From Octopus bimaculoides (lineage: Eukaryota), in assembly GCF_001194135.2 (NCBI RefSeq), contig NC_068984.1:69832975-69896974 (forward strand): a stretch of DNA of 64,000 nucleotides, given 5' to 3'. Of this stretch, positions 39,432-53,275 are shown in pieces; position 1 is the first letter of the stretch; the number at the start of each line of letters is the position of its first letter. The position numbers and the translations under genes were made by a program. A model generated the notes under the pieces. That model ran no database searches and had not been told where the DNA came from. It saw only the letters and a list, made by a program, of their open reading frames with translations.

Positions 39432-39870
39432 AAGGTGGCAAACTGGCAAAATTGTCAGCAAACCAGGTAATATGCTTTGCAACATTTTGTCCACCTTTAC
39501 ATTCTGACTTCAAATGCTGTAGTGACTAACTTTGCCTTTCAACCTTTCAAGGTTCATAAAATAAGTACTAGTTGAACATTGGAGTCGATGCAATCAACTT
39601 AATCCCCGCCCACATAATTGCTGGCCTTGTGCTAAAATTTGAAATTAATATTAAAACTCAGAATGAAAAGGGAAACAATTAAATATTTGCTTCTAAAATA
39701 AGTCAAGGCCACAATTTGAGAAAGTGAGGTTAGTCATTTAGATCAATCCCAGTACTTGACCAGTACTTAATCTTAATGACACCAGAAGGATGAAAGGCAA
39801 AATTGATCTCAAAGTGATTTGAAATCAGAATGTAAAGAGCAGAAAGAAAATCTGCAAAGAATTTATTAGT
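39432..39870. mobile_element. Tail-to-tail inverted pair of same-family SINEs (39432-39652 +, 39700-39870 -)
   Basis: Both match 61802-62020 in opposite orientations. Confidence 0.7.
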
Positions 39871-42800
39871 GACGATTGAAGATGATGACGACGACGACGA
39901 CGACGACGACGATTTCACAACTAAATGTAAGATAGTTTATGGCACTCAAGTTTATCAACAGAATAATGACAGAATTAAAAGCAATTATTTGAATACTGTA
40001 TTTTAAGTAATAATCTTGTTGTTATTCCTGAGGTGCAAGTCAACCTTGATTAAGAAAAACTTATGATTATTTGAGTCATAACCATCCCATCATTTTAGAA
40101 GAAGTAGCTAGGATGGCAACATTACTCAGAATATCATTTCTTGATTTTAGAGATACTTAGTAGATATCTTTAGCAGGTCAAGCAACCAAACACAAGTTCT
40201 CCAATTCGCTCAATAAGCTATATTCATTTCATCATTATTTGACAATGTATAATTTTGAAGAATATGTGTAACATTTCTGCAACAAATTTTTCTAAAAATC
40301 ACTCAACAAGAAATGCTTTCTTGTTACGCTGTTAATTATTTTAAGATTTAGCATTTTATTTCCATCTATATTTTTATTTATATTCTATTTGACATTTCTC
40401 TATTTGCTGTCCTTTTCATTTTCAAATCATCGTATATAATTTGTCATATGGTTTTCTAATTTGAGTATCTGCATATTTTACCATTAACCATTCTAATTAA
40501 TTCAAATTTGACAGTTTGGAAGGCATGGATTGTTTTAAAAACAGTTTTCTAATCCTAGAAGACATTTGATGAGAAATAATCTACATGTTCAAAATCAGGA
40601 AAATTATTTTAGGTTGCTGAGTGCAATTAGAAACTAAAACTAAATATATATATATATTTCTTTTAAGCTCCTTTGTTCTACAGTGATTAACCTGTAGGTT
40701 ACTTCTTTTATCAAACCATAAGAGACATCCTTTCATTATTATAAATATGTATTTATTAATTGTACATGCATGTAGGCATAAATGCATAAAATGTACATAT
40801 TCTTACAGTTCAACATTGTGGTTCTATATCAAACATCCATACACTTAATGAAAATATTCTGTTCTAATATTTTGCACCATCTTATTTTTATATGAGACAA
40901 CTCTCTTTCTTCATTATCTTTCCCCTTAATTAACAATGATAATAAGTCATAACTTTTTTTTTATTTGGGAAGATTAATTAGGAGCAGTATGATATAATTT
41001 GTTTGCAATCAATTTATATCAATCAGATACTGGATAAAAAAAATACCTGTTTAGTAAAATATTTTATCGTGTACTGCAGATAGATTGGAGCTTTGAAATT
41101 TTAATTTTAAATACCATTGCCACGTTTGTAGCTTTCAAAGTAAATAGTCAAAACAGAACCAACAGTTCTTGTGTAGCTGTGATTCTAAAATGTTTTGTTG
41201 TTGTTGTTTATCACTCCCTTTCAAATATTGATAAAAGCTAATAAATTTAACAGTAATTAATTATAGTCATAATTGTAGAATTACAAAGGATTATTATGCA
41301 AGGAGAAACTCACTATCATTTTCATATTTGTACTCATAGTGTAACTTTGATACAAATTTATTTAGAAACAAAGAACGTCAGCAGAATTGATTATTTCAGA
41401 ACTAAAAAATGTGTTAACCTAATGCATTTAACAATCAATATATATAATTTAATGGTTAGCCTGAGGTCGATGATAATTTGCAAAATTTCAGTATCAGATT
41501 TAATGCTTGGAAAGTATGATCTTAAGTCCTTTCTTTCATTTATTGATATTCTATTGCACTGCTTACATAACAACAGCAACACAACATTGTGTCCACTCTT
41601 GACCAAGTACTTAAAATGAAAAATAACGAGCAGCAATTTTTTTTTTCCTTGCTAAAGTTTACGATACATGTTTTGCATCTTTGGCCAGAATGTTTCATGT
41701 CCATTTTGTTAAATAGCACATGAGTTTCAGACTCTTATTATAATTCTTTTCATTCTTGAAGTGAATTAGGATGATCAAAATTTGTCTCAGACTGAAATGA
41801 ATTAAATCTTACTGTTATTTTCAATTCGTCAAAGTTTTAAATTTGGTCACCGTGAAGATGGCAGCATTAACATTCCTGATCTGTATCTAGCATTAAATAA
41901 ATATTTTCTTTTATCATTTGTTTAATTTGAAACTGCTAAATATCCATATCCTTGCAATGATATTTTTACAGAATGTAATATGCCCCTAGATAATTATCCC
42001 TGATAGCCACCACAAAGACAATTGCCTCTATCTACACCACTTACAATTCAACTTCATCTTAAACTACTTACAACACAACTTCAATTCACACTACAAGTTT
42101 AACCAATATCTTCTACACTACCACATCTATTATGCTGCAACTTCAATATATACGGCACCTTGAATGTACACCAAATACACCACAGCCTCAAGCTTCACCA
42201 TTTACAACACATGACCTACATTGCAACTTCAACCAACACTGTGACTTCAGCCTCCACCAAATTTCCACATAAATCTCCCTCATTATTTGAACACACACTA
42301 CCACTTTAATTTATCCCAACTACAGTTCAATTTCATAATTTGACATCTACACCACAGATGCAACCTACATCACAAATTCAGCATCCACCATACTTTCAAC
42401 CCTCACCACAGCTTTGCTATTTGTTGCCCACGCCCTATCTTCAGTCCTATAAGTGCTAAGGGGTAAAATTATTCAAGGCTAACTATCCTATGAAGTCAAC
42501 TGTGCAAGGGGGCAAATAATCCATGTGAGTAGTTGTCCCAGAAACATTTTATTGATAATAGAATTTATTCTTCCCTTTATTTTAATAAGTTTCATTTTGT
42601 TTTCCTATAATTTTAATGTTTATTTCAATCAATTTATTGAAGATGCCAGAAATATAAGTGATGTCAGATGTTTGTTTTTCCAGTTCATTACACATTGTCC
42701 CACCATCTGACTTAAAATATTACAAAATAATATCATAGAGATCCTAAAAGTGTTGCTGACAGTTTCCCTTACTAAAGACATCGAACTTCCCCATCTAGTA

Positions 42801-44021
42801 AAAGATGCTCAAATTCTTGTTCACGTGAAAGTTTCCAGAAAATATAGGTATTCAAAATGACTTTTTATTTTATTTACAACCATAAAAACGTTGTTAAAAT
42901 TTTTATGTAGTCTACTACTAAGCTGTTTCACATCTAAGTGTTATTGAATTTTGATAATGTTTGGAGCTGCCTCTTTTAAATGTGCTAAAAGTCTACAAGA
43001 GCAAACCAATCACAATAGGTGCTCCATCAGTAACACATTCAGTGACATCTGTGAGATGAAAAAAGTGGTCAACTGTTATGTAAATTAGAAAACCTTTTGT
43101 GTTAGTTTTCAATTGTTCAGTAAATAGGGATGCTTAAATAACTTCTTGATTAGTATTTGAAAAATGCGCGTGACACTAATGACAAAGATTCATTTTCATG
43201 TAAAAATTGTCTCAAGTTGTAAGAAAAAATTTGTGGTTTCCGAGTCACCTCAATATTTTTTACAATGTCATCTATCAACTTATTAATTCTTGTTGACTGA
43301 TAAACATAGATGAGAGTAAAATCATCATCATCCTCGTCGTTGTCATCATCGTCATCGTCGTCGTCGTCGTCATCGTCATCATCGTCGTCGTCATCGTCAT
43401 CGTCATCATCATCATCATCACTACTGATAACTATTGCTTAGAGGAAATAGTGACATTATATTAATTTTACCAAGGCCATCATAGATTTGTAATTCCATTC
43501 ACAACTGATAAGCTGAGAGTTTCACCAATATTATGTAATTCTTTTCATATTTAGCAATTAACATTTTTAAGATGCTACTAATCCTTTCTTTAGTTGGTTA
43601 CTTTATTTTAGCAATTAACTCATTAGTCCTTGATTAAATTTTGAATTTATTTTTGAAGTCATGAAAATTGTTTGTGTCCATCTTTTGCTTTATCTAGATC
43701 AGGGGTGTCAAACTCATTTTAGTTCACAGACCACATATTAACCCAATTTGATCCCAAGTGGACTGGACCAGTAAAATCATGGCATAAGGACCTATAAATA
43801 GCAAGTTCACAGTTACCCCATTGTTTTAGTGTAAAAAAGTACATTCTGAAAATGTTCAGGTTTAAAGAACAATTTTTTTTTTTTTTTTTGGAAAACATTG
43901 ACCAAGTGAAAGTGGGAACTGTTAAAGAAGACTGAGACATCACACTGCCTTGTAAATGCATACAATTCATAATTTTAGAAAAAAGCACTTTGGAAAACAT
44001 TTAAAAACACTTTTATTATTG

Positions 44022-44207
44022 ATAATAAATCTCTGAACGAGGTATAAACAGTAGCAGCACGATAACATGAAGTATATTTGCCACTTAAATGTGGCTAACC
44101 CCTAACGGCGAATGCTACTGTAGCTTGTAGCCCCAGGAGAACATCTCCTTCAGCTGGCTATTGACACACTTTCTGTGCCCTGTCAGTATTTGCAAAAGGA
44201 AGTCATC
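44022..44207 (-). mobile_element. Short retroposed insertion with 12-bp TSD
   Basis: CTTTTATTATTG at 44010-21 and 44208-19; empty site visible in the paralogous fragment at ~37393-37405; ATT-like tail on the minus strand. Confidence 0.8.
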
Positions 44208-44239
44208 CTTTTATTATTGTTTATCATTTATTTTCAGTA

Positions 44240-45957
44240 TGTTCCTGAAACTTGTCATCTTTTCTCCTTCATGAGTGCATCAACACCAGGTATCAAATCC
44301 TGAGTAGTAGCCAATTTCAGGATGTCATTTAGGTGCTTATGTGTGAGTCTTGAGCTGAGCACAACTTCATTTATTGATGCTCATTACAGAGAATACTTGT
44401 TCAGAAAGGTAAGTAGTCCTGAACATGCACAAAACGTTCACAGCAAGGGCTGTCAATTTGGGGGTACTTTGGCAAGAGATACTGATAAAATGTATTCAAG
44501 CCCACCAAGGTAAATTTATTCTTCAAGTCTGAATCACACTGCAAGTCAATCATTTCACGTTGGATTGACTATAAATGGTGAGCGAAAAACTGTGAAATGT
44601 ATCTCAAGTTCATCAAAAATCTGAAACAGTTGCTCAAACTCTTGCAGCAATCCCATGATATTGTATTTGTACTGATTCATGACAATATTATCTGAGGTCT
44701 CAACTACGTCTTTTAGACAAGGAAAATGAGCAGGGTTACCACCTGACATTTGTGTCTCCCAGAAAGTTAGCGTCAACCTGAATGCACATATGATTTCAAA
44801 ATACTGTGCAACAACCTTTTGTGGCCTTGCAGCATTTTGTTCAGATTATTCAATTGCTCTGTAATATTCACGATAAATGCTAAATCTTGGAGCCCTTCTG
44901 ATGATTGAAATTCTAACACTGCCTTACCCTTTTTCTCCATGAACTGTTCAATTTCTTTTCATAGATTAAAGAAATGCTTCAACACAGCACATCGGCTTAA
45001 TCACCTTACCTTAGTGTGATATGGTAAGCCATAGGTAATGCCTATATAACAGAAGATTGTCTAACTGATGGTGATTCAGACCTTTAGTTCAGATGAAATT
45101 AACAGTTCGGACAAATACTTCCATGACGTGATTGATTTTGAACTTGCAAAATGCAATGAAATATCCAAAAATCACATGCTCCATTTGCAGTCTGTACTTT
45201 CTCTTTGAACTGCATCACAACACCTGCTTTTTTCCCAATGCCATCTGTAACCATGCTGACAGCATGGGCCCAGTTAATTCTGACCCTGTGCAGCGCTCCA
45301 ATGAGAGAGATGAAAATGTCATAGGAACCAACTCCAGAAACTCCTCGGTGATAGTCAACGTCTCATTAACACCACAAAGAAATATGGCTTGTTGCACCAC
45401 ATCTGCAATGTCCATGGTCTCATCAATTGCAACCGAAAATGCAATAAACGACTTGATTTCATGCTTCAGTTGCCTGTCAAATTCTGCAGAAAGATCTGAA
45501 ATCCTATCTGCCACAGTGTTTCTCGTCAGGCTAATGCTGGCAGAAGTCTGTCACTTCTCAGGGCATAAAATTTCTGCAGGCTTCAATATGCATATTTTCA
45601 CGAACACAGTACGGTTTTGATGCTAATGCTATTTCTCTAGCAACAAGGTTGCTAGCTTTTACTGCTGCCTGACTGATATCTTGGCTTTAGGTTAAGGCAG
45701 ACATTTGTTTCTTCAGATTAACTAATAATTTATTTACCTTCTCACTTCTCATTTGTCCTTGCAAGTTATTGTATTTGTTGGAATGATGAGTCTTATAGTG
45801 GTATTGAATGTTATATTCTTTGAGCAGTGAAACCTGCTGCAAACGCACCAAGCACACAGGTTTCCCATTCACCTCCACAAATAAACAGGATAAAGGACCA
45901 CTTTTCTTGAAATAATCTACACTCTGTATCCTCTTTTCTCTTTTTTGACAAAGACAT
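44240..45957 (-). pseudogene. hAT transposase pseudogene
   Basis: MSLSKKRKEDTECRLFQEKW..., zinc-finger-like KPVCL..KEYNIQYHYKTHH, FSVAIDETMDIAD, C-terminal HLNDILKLATTQ; stops, frameshifts and deletions. Confidence 0.85.
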
Positions 45958-46674
45958 TTTAGGTAAGGTAAAACAAGGCAAAATGTTCACCTAAAAAACG
46001 AAAACACATTCTTGGTCAGTGAATTAATTTCAAAAATATATATTCATTCCAATACAATATTTAAACAAATCTTTAAATAATTTATTAGAAATTGAACCAC
46101 TGTACACAACAAGCAGTCATATGCAAACAATCAATATTCACAATAATAAGTAAATATATAAAATAATTTTTACACTTTTGAAAGTCATCTCATGGGCTGG
46201 ATGAAACCCTGCAGCAGACCTGTGGGCCATATGTTTCATACCTCTGATCTAGATGCTTTGTTTCTAAATGATCAATTATTCTCGAAGGTTTCACTCATTT
46301 ATTTGAAACTTTTTTTCACATAAATAAATTGATAACTGCATATGCTTTCTTTATTCAATGTTTTCATTCTTCATCGAAGTCCAATAAATGAAAATACATA
46401 CATGAATATTTAACAACACATCTTTTTCAGTTGTGTTCATAATGCTATCACAGTATCAATATTTATATAATTGCATTTTTATCTTGTTGAAGGACTATTC
46501 TAAAAGATAAAAGAAAACTGCTGGAATGATGTGAATGTAGTGTGAAATATCTTGACAAATGTTTTTTTTTATACCAATTTAAACATAAACAATTGATTAC
46601 ATTGCATAATTAAGTTAATTATAGGGCAGAACTTAAGAATTGCCTCATAGAAGAAAGTGGAATCAATGTGATTG

Positions 46675-46926
46675 TTATCTTTTATTGTTTACTTCTGTCA
46701 GTCATTTTGACTGCAGCTATTCTAGGGCACTGCCTTGAAGGATTAATTTAGTTGAACAAATCAACCCCACAACTTATTTTCTTAAGCATAGTTCTTTTTC
46801 TATCAGCCTCCTTTGATGAACTGCTATGTTACAGGGATATAAACACACCAACACCAGTTGTCAAACAGTAGTGGGGAGAAACACAAACACACACACACAC
46901 CTATTATATGTATGTATATATGTGTA

Positions 46927-47001
<75 letters not shown>

Positions 47002-47222
47002 TATATACATACATATTTTATACACACACACACTTATACATATATGTATGTATGCATGTATGTATATATACACGATGGGCTGCTCTTAGTTTCCCTCAAC
47101 CAAATATACTCACAAAACTTTGGTTAGCCTGAGGTTATAGTTGCAGACACTTGCCCAAGATGCCATGCAGTGGGACTGGACCTGAAAGCACGTGGTTGGG
47201 ATGCAAGCCTCTTACCACATAG
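46675..47222 (-). mobile_element. Composite tRNA-derived SINE with long internal (TA)/(CA) microsatellite
   Basis: Tail 46675-46895, microsatellite, head 47070-47222. Confidence 0.7.
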
Positions 47223-48989
47223 CTGGACATGATAAAAACTTTCGTTTTTTAATAGTAACTGACTTTTGTTATTACTGTGTATAACCAGCTGACGTAACAT
47301 GGAAAAAACATCAAAGTTTTGTAATGATGTTACTGTTAAAAAAAAATTAAAAATTCAAACTAATATCTATACTGGCATTTAAATAAGAAATATTTATTTC
47401 AGCATACCTGCTAGTTATTCTTTTTTTATAGAGTTCATTGACATTATCATGATTGATATCATTTATCATTAACATATATATGAAAGACAAAAAAATAAAT
47501 ATAAAAAAAACTAATGAGTTTATGTTTAGTTAACTTAGAGAATGAAAGCATTCAATAATAGCAGTATTCATAAATGATATTATTTATTCAAAAAAATTTT
47601 GCTTTCTATGTATCAATTCTCAAGGCTTACCAATTATAGAATTAAATTTGCAATGAGGTTTACTCTAGATATTATATCAGTCTTGATCACTCCTTTTATC
47701 TTTGTGAGAAAGATTATTTACTTTTATCTTGCTACATATTATAATTATTTATTACCTACTAATTTAATTTATGATGGTATTATCACTATCAATATTATTA
47801 TCATTATTATTTATTTTTTTTGTGTGTAATTCAAACCAGTATAAAATAAAGTTGCTGGTTAATAACATTTGAATCTTTAATAATATTTAATTAGTTTTAA
47901 TTAGTTCTACCACTGAAAATTTGATAAATAAGAACACTCATCATAGCAATTTAGATAATAACATAGCGATTTTAGTTTGTGAAACTATAGCTGGTATCTG
48001 TTTGATGGTTGCTGAAGAATTTTTTAATGTTTTACTATGGTTAGCTTGTTAGTCTTTTGGGGATCTATGTCTTGCACAATTAGAAATTGTTTTTGCTTGA
48101 TTGTTAACTTTTCTGGTGTTATATAAGGTACTTGACAGCAAAAATTCTAAACAATCTGATGCAATTGCCCTCCTAGCAACAACAACAATAATGAAAAGAA
48201 CAGCAACACAAGAAGTAATTCTTAATTGCACTAAAAATTATTTCTAATGAAAAAACATGTTGGCTGTGGCTGAGTGTCAAAAGTAAAAATTCTTTTGAGA
48301 CTACCAAACAAACTGCAATCACCTACAGTTTGACAAAGAGAAGAGGAGGCATGCTTTTATCAAAGATCATTCTCATTATAACAAAACCATAGCAGTGAAT
48401 AACGGAATTTACTGTGCAAATGGATTCACACCTACAGTGTCCACTGTAGTCCTAGGGTATGGCAATGTGCTATTTCCCAGGTTAAAAACATACTGCTGTA
48501 TAATACTATCTTTCTAAATTTAAAAGTTAATTCACTATAAAAAAGTTGACGAAATAATCATCAGTTGCTGTGATTGAAATGATATATAGCGTTGATTGCA
48601 AGGACGTTTTTGGACTATAGTTATTTAAGTTAACAGTGACAAGATATTACTTTAAAAGTGAAGGTTGATACGATACATCATATTGCACACATGCACCACA
48701 CATTAGGAAAATAATAAGTATCAAGTCAGGGCGAGAGCCTTTTTACGGTCACCTGAACAACTACAAAGAAAAGCCAACTTCCCCTTAAGAGATATCCAAA
48801 GTATTAAAAAGGCAGACACACTAAATATTTTGGTCTAAGATGTACAAAAATTGAATAAAAAATGGAAGGGTTATATCTAGAACACTTTTGATTAGATGCC
48901 TGCTCAATCAAAGCTGACCTGGACTGAAACTACCACAAATAAGGATTATGTATGAAAAATTTATTTGCTAGTAAAATATATCTTTAAGT

Positions 48990-49378
48990 TGTTGTTGTTG
49001 GCACTCTGTTGCTTACGACGTCCAGGGTTCCAGTCGATCCGATCAACAGAACAGCCTGCTTGTGAAATTAATGTGCAAGTGGCTGAGCCCTTCACAGACA
49101 CATGTACCCTTAACGTAGTTCTCAGGGATATTCAGCGTGACATAGTGTGACAAGGCTGACCCTTTGAATTACAGGCACAACAGAAACAGGAAGTAAAAGT
49201 GAGAGAAAGTGGTGGTGAAAGAGTACAGCAGGGTTCACCACCATCCCCTGCTGGAGCCTTGTGGAGCTTTAGGTGTTTTCGCTCAATAAACACTCACAAT
49301 GCCCAGTCTGGGAATTGAAACTGCGATCCTATGACCGCGAGTCTGCTGCCCTAACCACTGGGCCATTGCGCCTCCACA
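48990..49378 (-). mobile_element. tRNA-derived SINE, near full length
   Basis: Minus strand begins GGAGGCGCAATGGCCCAGTGGTTAGGGCAGCAGACTCGCGG (A-box-like) with TTTCAATTCC (B-box-like). Confidence 0.8.
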
Positions 49379-51762
49379 TCTTGAAGTTATATGACACAAA
49401 TATGTAAAACTTACTTGTATGAAAGTAAGTATCAAATACTCAGTAAAATTTGGTGAGCTCTATCAACAACAACAACTCAGTGAACTCATACATTAATATT
49501 GATTTCATAGTGGCACTGGAGAAGCTCTCTTAAGATCATCATGTGCCTTGTAAGACGATGTACTTGTGCCATTCATATTTATCATCTACCTGGACTATAT
49601 TAACTCAAACAAAATCTACCTCATCTTGTCAACTAGTTATAATAACAGAAGCAACATATGCTGATGGTATCAATGTCTTAGTAGACATCATTTTAAAATC
49701 TATGTAACTTCTAAATTGTGTTGCAAAACCGCAGCTAATATTAGTCTTTAGTCAATGCTTTAATGACTAAGTACATCTATTACAATCAGGAATGTTGAAT
49801 ATGTACAAACAAACAAAACCCTCTAAAATCTGTAAGCTCCTTTTTTGTTTTCATAGGAGGTAATGTTGCATTCATAGAAAAGGAAGTAAAAATACATTCT
49901 GAGTCATTCTTCATGACCTCAGAGTTATCTGAAAATCAGTGTTACTTAATGCACTTGGTTATTCAGTTTTGTGTTACACTAATAATGAAATATAAAAAAA
50001 AAAGTATTTCATTAAAAAGAAAAGCTTTCGTTTTTAAAATTAGGGCTTGTTAAAAGCAAACATTTTGAATAAATTTGTTTTACATTATTTGGCAGTGTAG
50101 TGACTCCTATTACAACTCTATGCAATGTAAATTCCTTGCGTAATCTTAATTTGATATGCTTTAGTAAGATTTAGTTTAAAAATCAAAAAAAGAAAGAATA
50201 ATAATATTAATGAGCAAAGTACTGGAATTCAACCATTGCTCTTTTTAATGTCTGTTAACCAAATTGCAAGAAAGCATATTTCCAATACAAGGAATCTTTT
50301 AACAGAATAAAAGTGTCATGGTAGTTACACATAGAAACATCATAGGATGTCCATTGCTAATACTAATTTCCTTCCAGGAATATCATTAATTTAGTGTGGT
50401 GTTAATTTAGTTAGATTAATTAACAGTTGTTAAACTACTTCATATGAAATAAATCTGAAAGGTAATCTAAGATATGACGTTCAGCTGACAGTGCACATTG
50501 TTCATTTATGATAATAATCATAATACTTAGTATTTGGCTTTCTTTATTTCTAAACAACTGCAGGGTAAGCCATGTGATGCATAGGCTGATATCTATGACT
50601 TGACTTTAATTCCACTTAGCTGAAGCGTTTCTTTTTCTTTGGTGGTGAAAAGCTATGAATGTCCAGAAGAATATTTTTCCTCTGCTAAAATCAATAGTGT
50701 TTTTATTTTTTTATTTTTTATCATTGCCCATTGGTGAATACTACTGAACACAAAGTAGTGAAGCAGTTGACTCTGTTGTACTAATGTATTGGGTAACTAT
50801 GATTATTTATATTTTATAGACGTCTATATACAAGCATACATACACATTTGTGTTTTTCATTTATATGGTTATATATGTAACACATGATGTATAAAAAGAG
50901 AATAAACTAGAGCAAACTGCATATCTGAAAATATATACAATACATCTCTATACTATACATAATGCAGTTTCCCAGAATAGACAACTTGCATGCAAATGCT
51001 TTGCGAGGAAATAACGGCATAGAAGAATGAATAAAAGAGTAAAAACAAATCTCTTGAAGTGAGTTATGAGGTGATTTCAGTTGTACTACTTCATAGTTGT
51101 GTTTGTCTGTGGAAGAATATTTGCTGAACAGGGTTTTGATGAATACTTTGATGGATATAGGCTGACTTAATGAGAAATTATTATCCAAGGCTAGCTACAA
51201 TTCAAATAAAAAATCTTGTTTCTCACGTCAGATAGATGGTTATCACTATATTTACCATCAACAAACTCAGTGACCATATACATATTTATAGTAATTTTTA
51301 CAATATAAAAGAAGTGATATTTGAGGGAAACATTTCCTATTTGTTTCATGCCAATATGGACTATACAGAAAGATACATAATTATTTCTGTATATCTTTGA
51401 TATTTTTTCCTGGATGTGTTCCATAAAATTTTGTGTATATTAAAAACGTTTAAAAAAAAAGTGTCTGTGTTATAAATATCTATACATATACACTTGCCTA
51501 CATACACCAGACACACACACAACAATGTACTAAATAACGTAGGCAAAAGAAGACTTCCTGAATTGAAATTTGGCTGTTAGTTGGAGAAAGAAAACAGAAT
51601 CCAAGCAGTCATTGTTATTAACTCTCAAGTGAAAAGGAAATAATTTTAAGAAATTTGGAATTAATTTCACAGAAAATTATACTTATACTCTGTGTGAGTG
51701 CATAATATGTGTATGTACAATGTATAATATATAATATAATACAATGTAATATCTTATATATA

Positions 51763-52614
51763 CAGGGTGAAATGGGTAAATTGTTGCCATTTTATATTTT
51801 TTATTTCACGCATGTACATTGTTTGTTCTTGATTTTGTTGACTACACAGTATAGTAGTGTCAGCTGGGCACCATCTGTAAGAAAAACAGCACCATGACAC
51901 AATTCACTCTGCCAGAAATTTGGAAACAACAAGCTGTACTGTATGACATTCACACCAGAAGCTTCAATACAAACATTTCAGAGGGTCTGGGTGCCAATCT
52001 GAGGACAGTGAAATCTGAGGACATGTACTGAGAAGGATAAAAATCAAACATCAAGTCAACATCATGGTATTCACTAGTAGTGGTGGCATTATGCTTCCAT
52101 TCATCTTCTCAAACGGCCACAGACTTAACATGGAGGCCTACATCAAATGCCTAGAGGAGGTAGTGCTGCCCTGGGTCAAGAAGGTTGGTGCTGGAAAACC
52201 CTATGTCTGGCAACAGGACTCTGCACCATGCCACACAAGCAAGAGAACCCAGTCATAGCTGCCGGACAATTTCTGTGACCACATCACCCCTAACAGCTGG
52301 CCATTTAACTCCTTAGACTGTAAACCCCTTGATTATTATGTGTGAGGTGCAGTTGAGCAAGGGATGAACAAAACTCCTAGTAATGCCAGAGATGAATAGA
52401 AGGCAAGGATCATGGCAACATTGCCCAACTTAAACAAGTAGACTGTCCAGAAGAGTTGCAAAAGATTCCAAAGTCATCTGATTTTATTGAATAAATCTAC
52501 TCTTTTTATTTCAAGATCTGTTTATGTGATCTTGGTAAATATATCTATCAAAATGAGATGCCTGTTGTTTTTATTTTTGCGGAATTTAGACGACAATATA
52601 TTCATCGCACCCAG
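51763..52614 (+). mobile_element. Internally deleted DD37D (maT) transposon
   Basis: TIRs CAGGGTGAAATGGGTAAATTGTTG / GACAATATATTCATCGCACCCAG; VWQQDSAPCH...WPFNSLDCKPLDY with 37-residue D-D spacing. Confidence 0.85.
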
Positions 52615-52665
52615 AGAGAGAGAGAGAGAGGGGGTGAATGATAAATATAAGGAAAAGCAAGTTAC

Positions 52666-53275
52666 AAAAAGTCTATATACAAAAAATATTAAATACATTT
52701 AATACAAAAAAAAATGTACATATGTGTACCTATAAAGAAGTCTGACTTACACAGAATAGCAATGATATCAGGAATTAAAAGGGTTGAGTAAGAGTTTTAC
52801 AAGTCCAACAGCTATTTCTGGGGGTTCATCATTCACATATTACCTAAACCACCCTTCTCCCCTTCCTCATATCTTCTACCTATACTACTATCACTAGCCT
52901 CATTATTAACCTTAACCCTGAAATCTATTTTCTCCTTCCACTACTCTCTACATAAACACCTCAAACTCATCTTTCTACTACGCTTAGTTCTCCACAAAAC
53001 CATTCCATCTTTAAACTCTATTCTGTCAACACCTCAAATGTAAAACTCTTCCCTGAAGACGGCGGCTGGTGTTAGCCAAAGATGGAATCAAGTTACAATT
53101 ATCATTATTTTGGACCACAAAGTCCCCAGAAACAGCTGTTGGACTCGTAAATCTCTTACTCAACCCTATAAATCCCCGATATCATTGCTTTTCTGTGTAA
53201 GTCAGACTTTTTGAAATGTATAGTACATTTTTTTGTATTAAATATATTTAATATTTTTTGTATATTGACATTTTT
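52666..53275. mobile_element. Penelope-like foldback element with ~150-bp inverted arms
   Basis: 52666-52823 is the reverse complement of 53124-53275; CTGAAGA (53053-59) and GAAACAGCTGTT (53129-40). Confidence 0.7.

Larger units (their letters stand above)
43700..46246 (-). mobile_element. hAT DNA transposon (Spin/Charlie/Buster, GTF2IRD2-like), defective
   Basis: Perfect 8-bp TSD ATCTAGAT (43692-99, 46247-54); TIRs CAGGGGTGTCAAAC / GTTTCATACCTCTG. Confidence 0.92.

Noticed and set aside
41391-41636. YLVKSGHNVVLL resembling an FAD-binding oxidoreductase motif
   Set aside because: Lacks the acidic residue after the beta-strand and the upstream GxGxxG; likely chance.
44036-44121. HDV-like ribozyme (P2-like ACAGTAGCA/TGCTACTGT after GGCGAA, P4-like GCCAC/GTGGC)
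   Set aside because: No pairing P3, no YCC/YCG-type L3 for P1.1, no G1-started P1; the tail suggests the opposite strand is sense.
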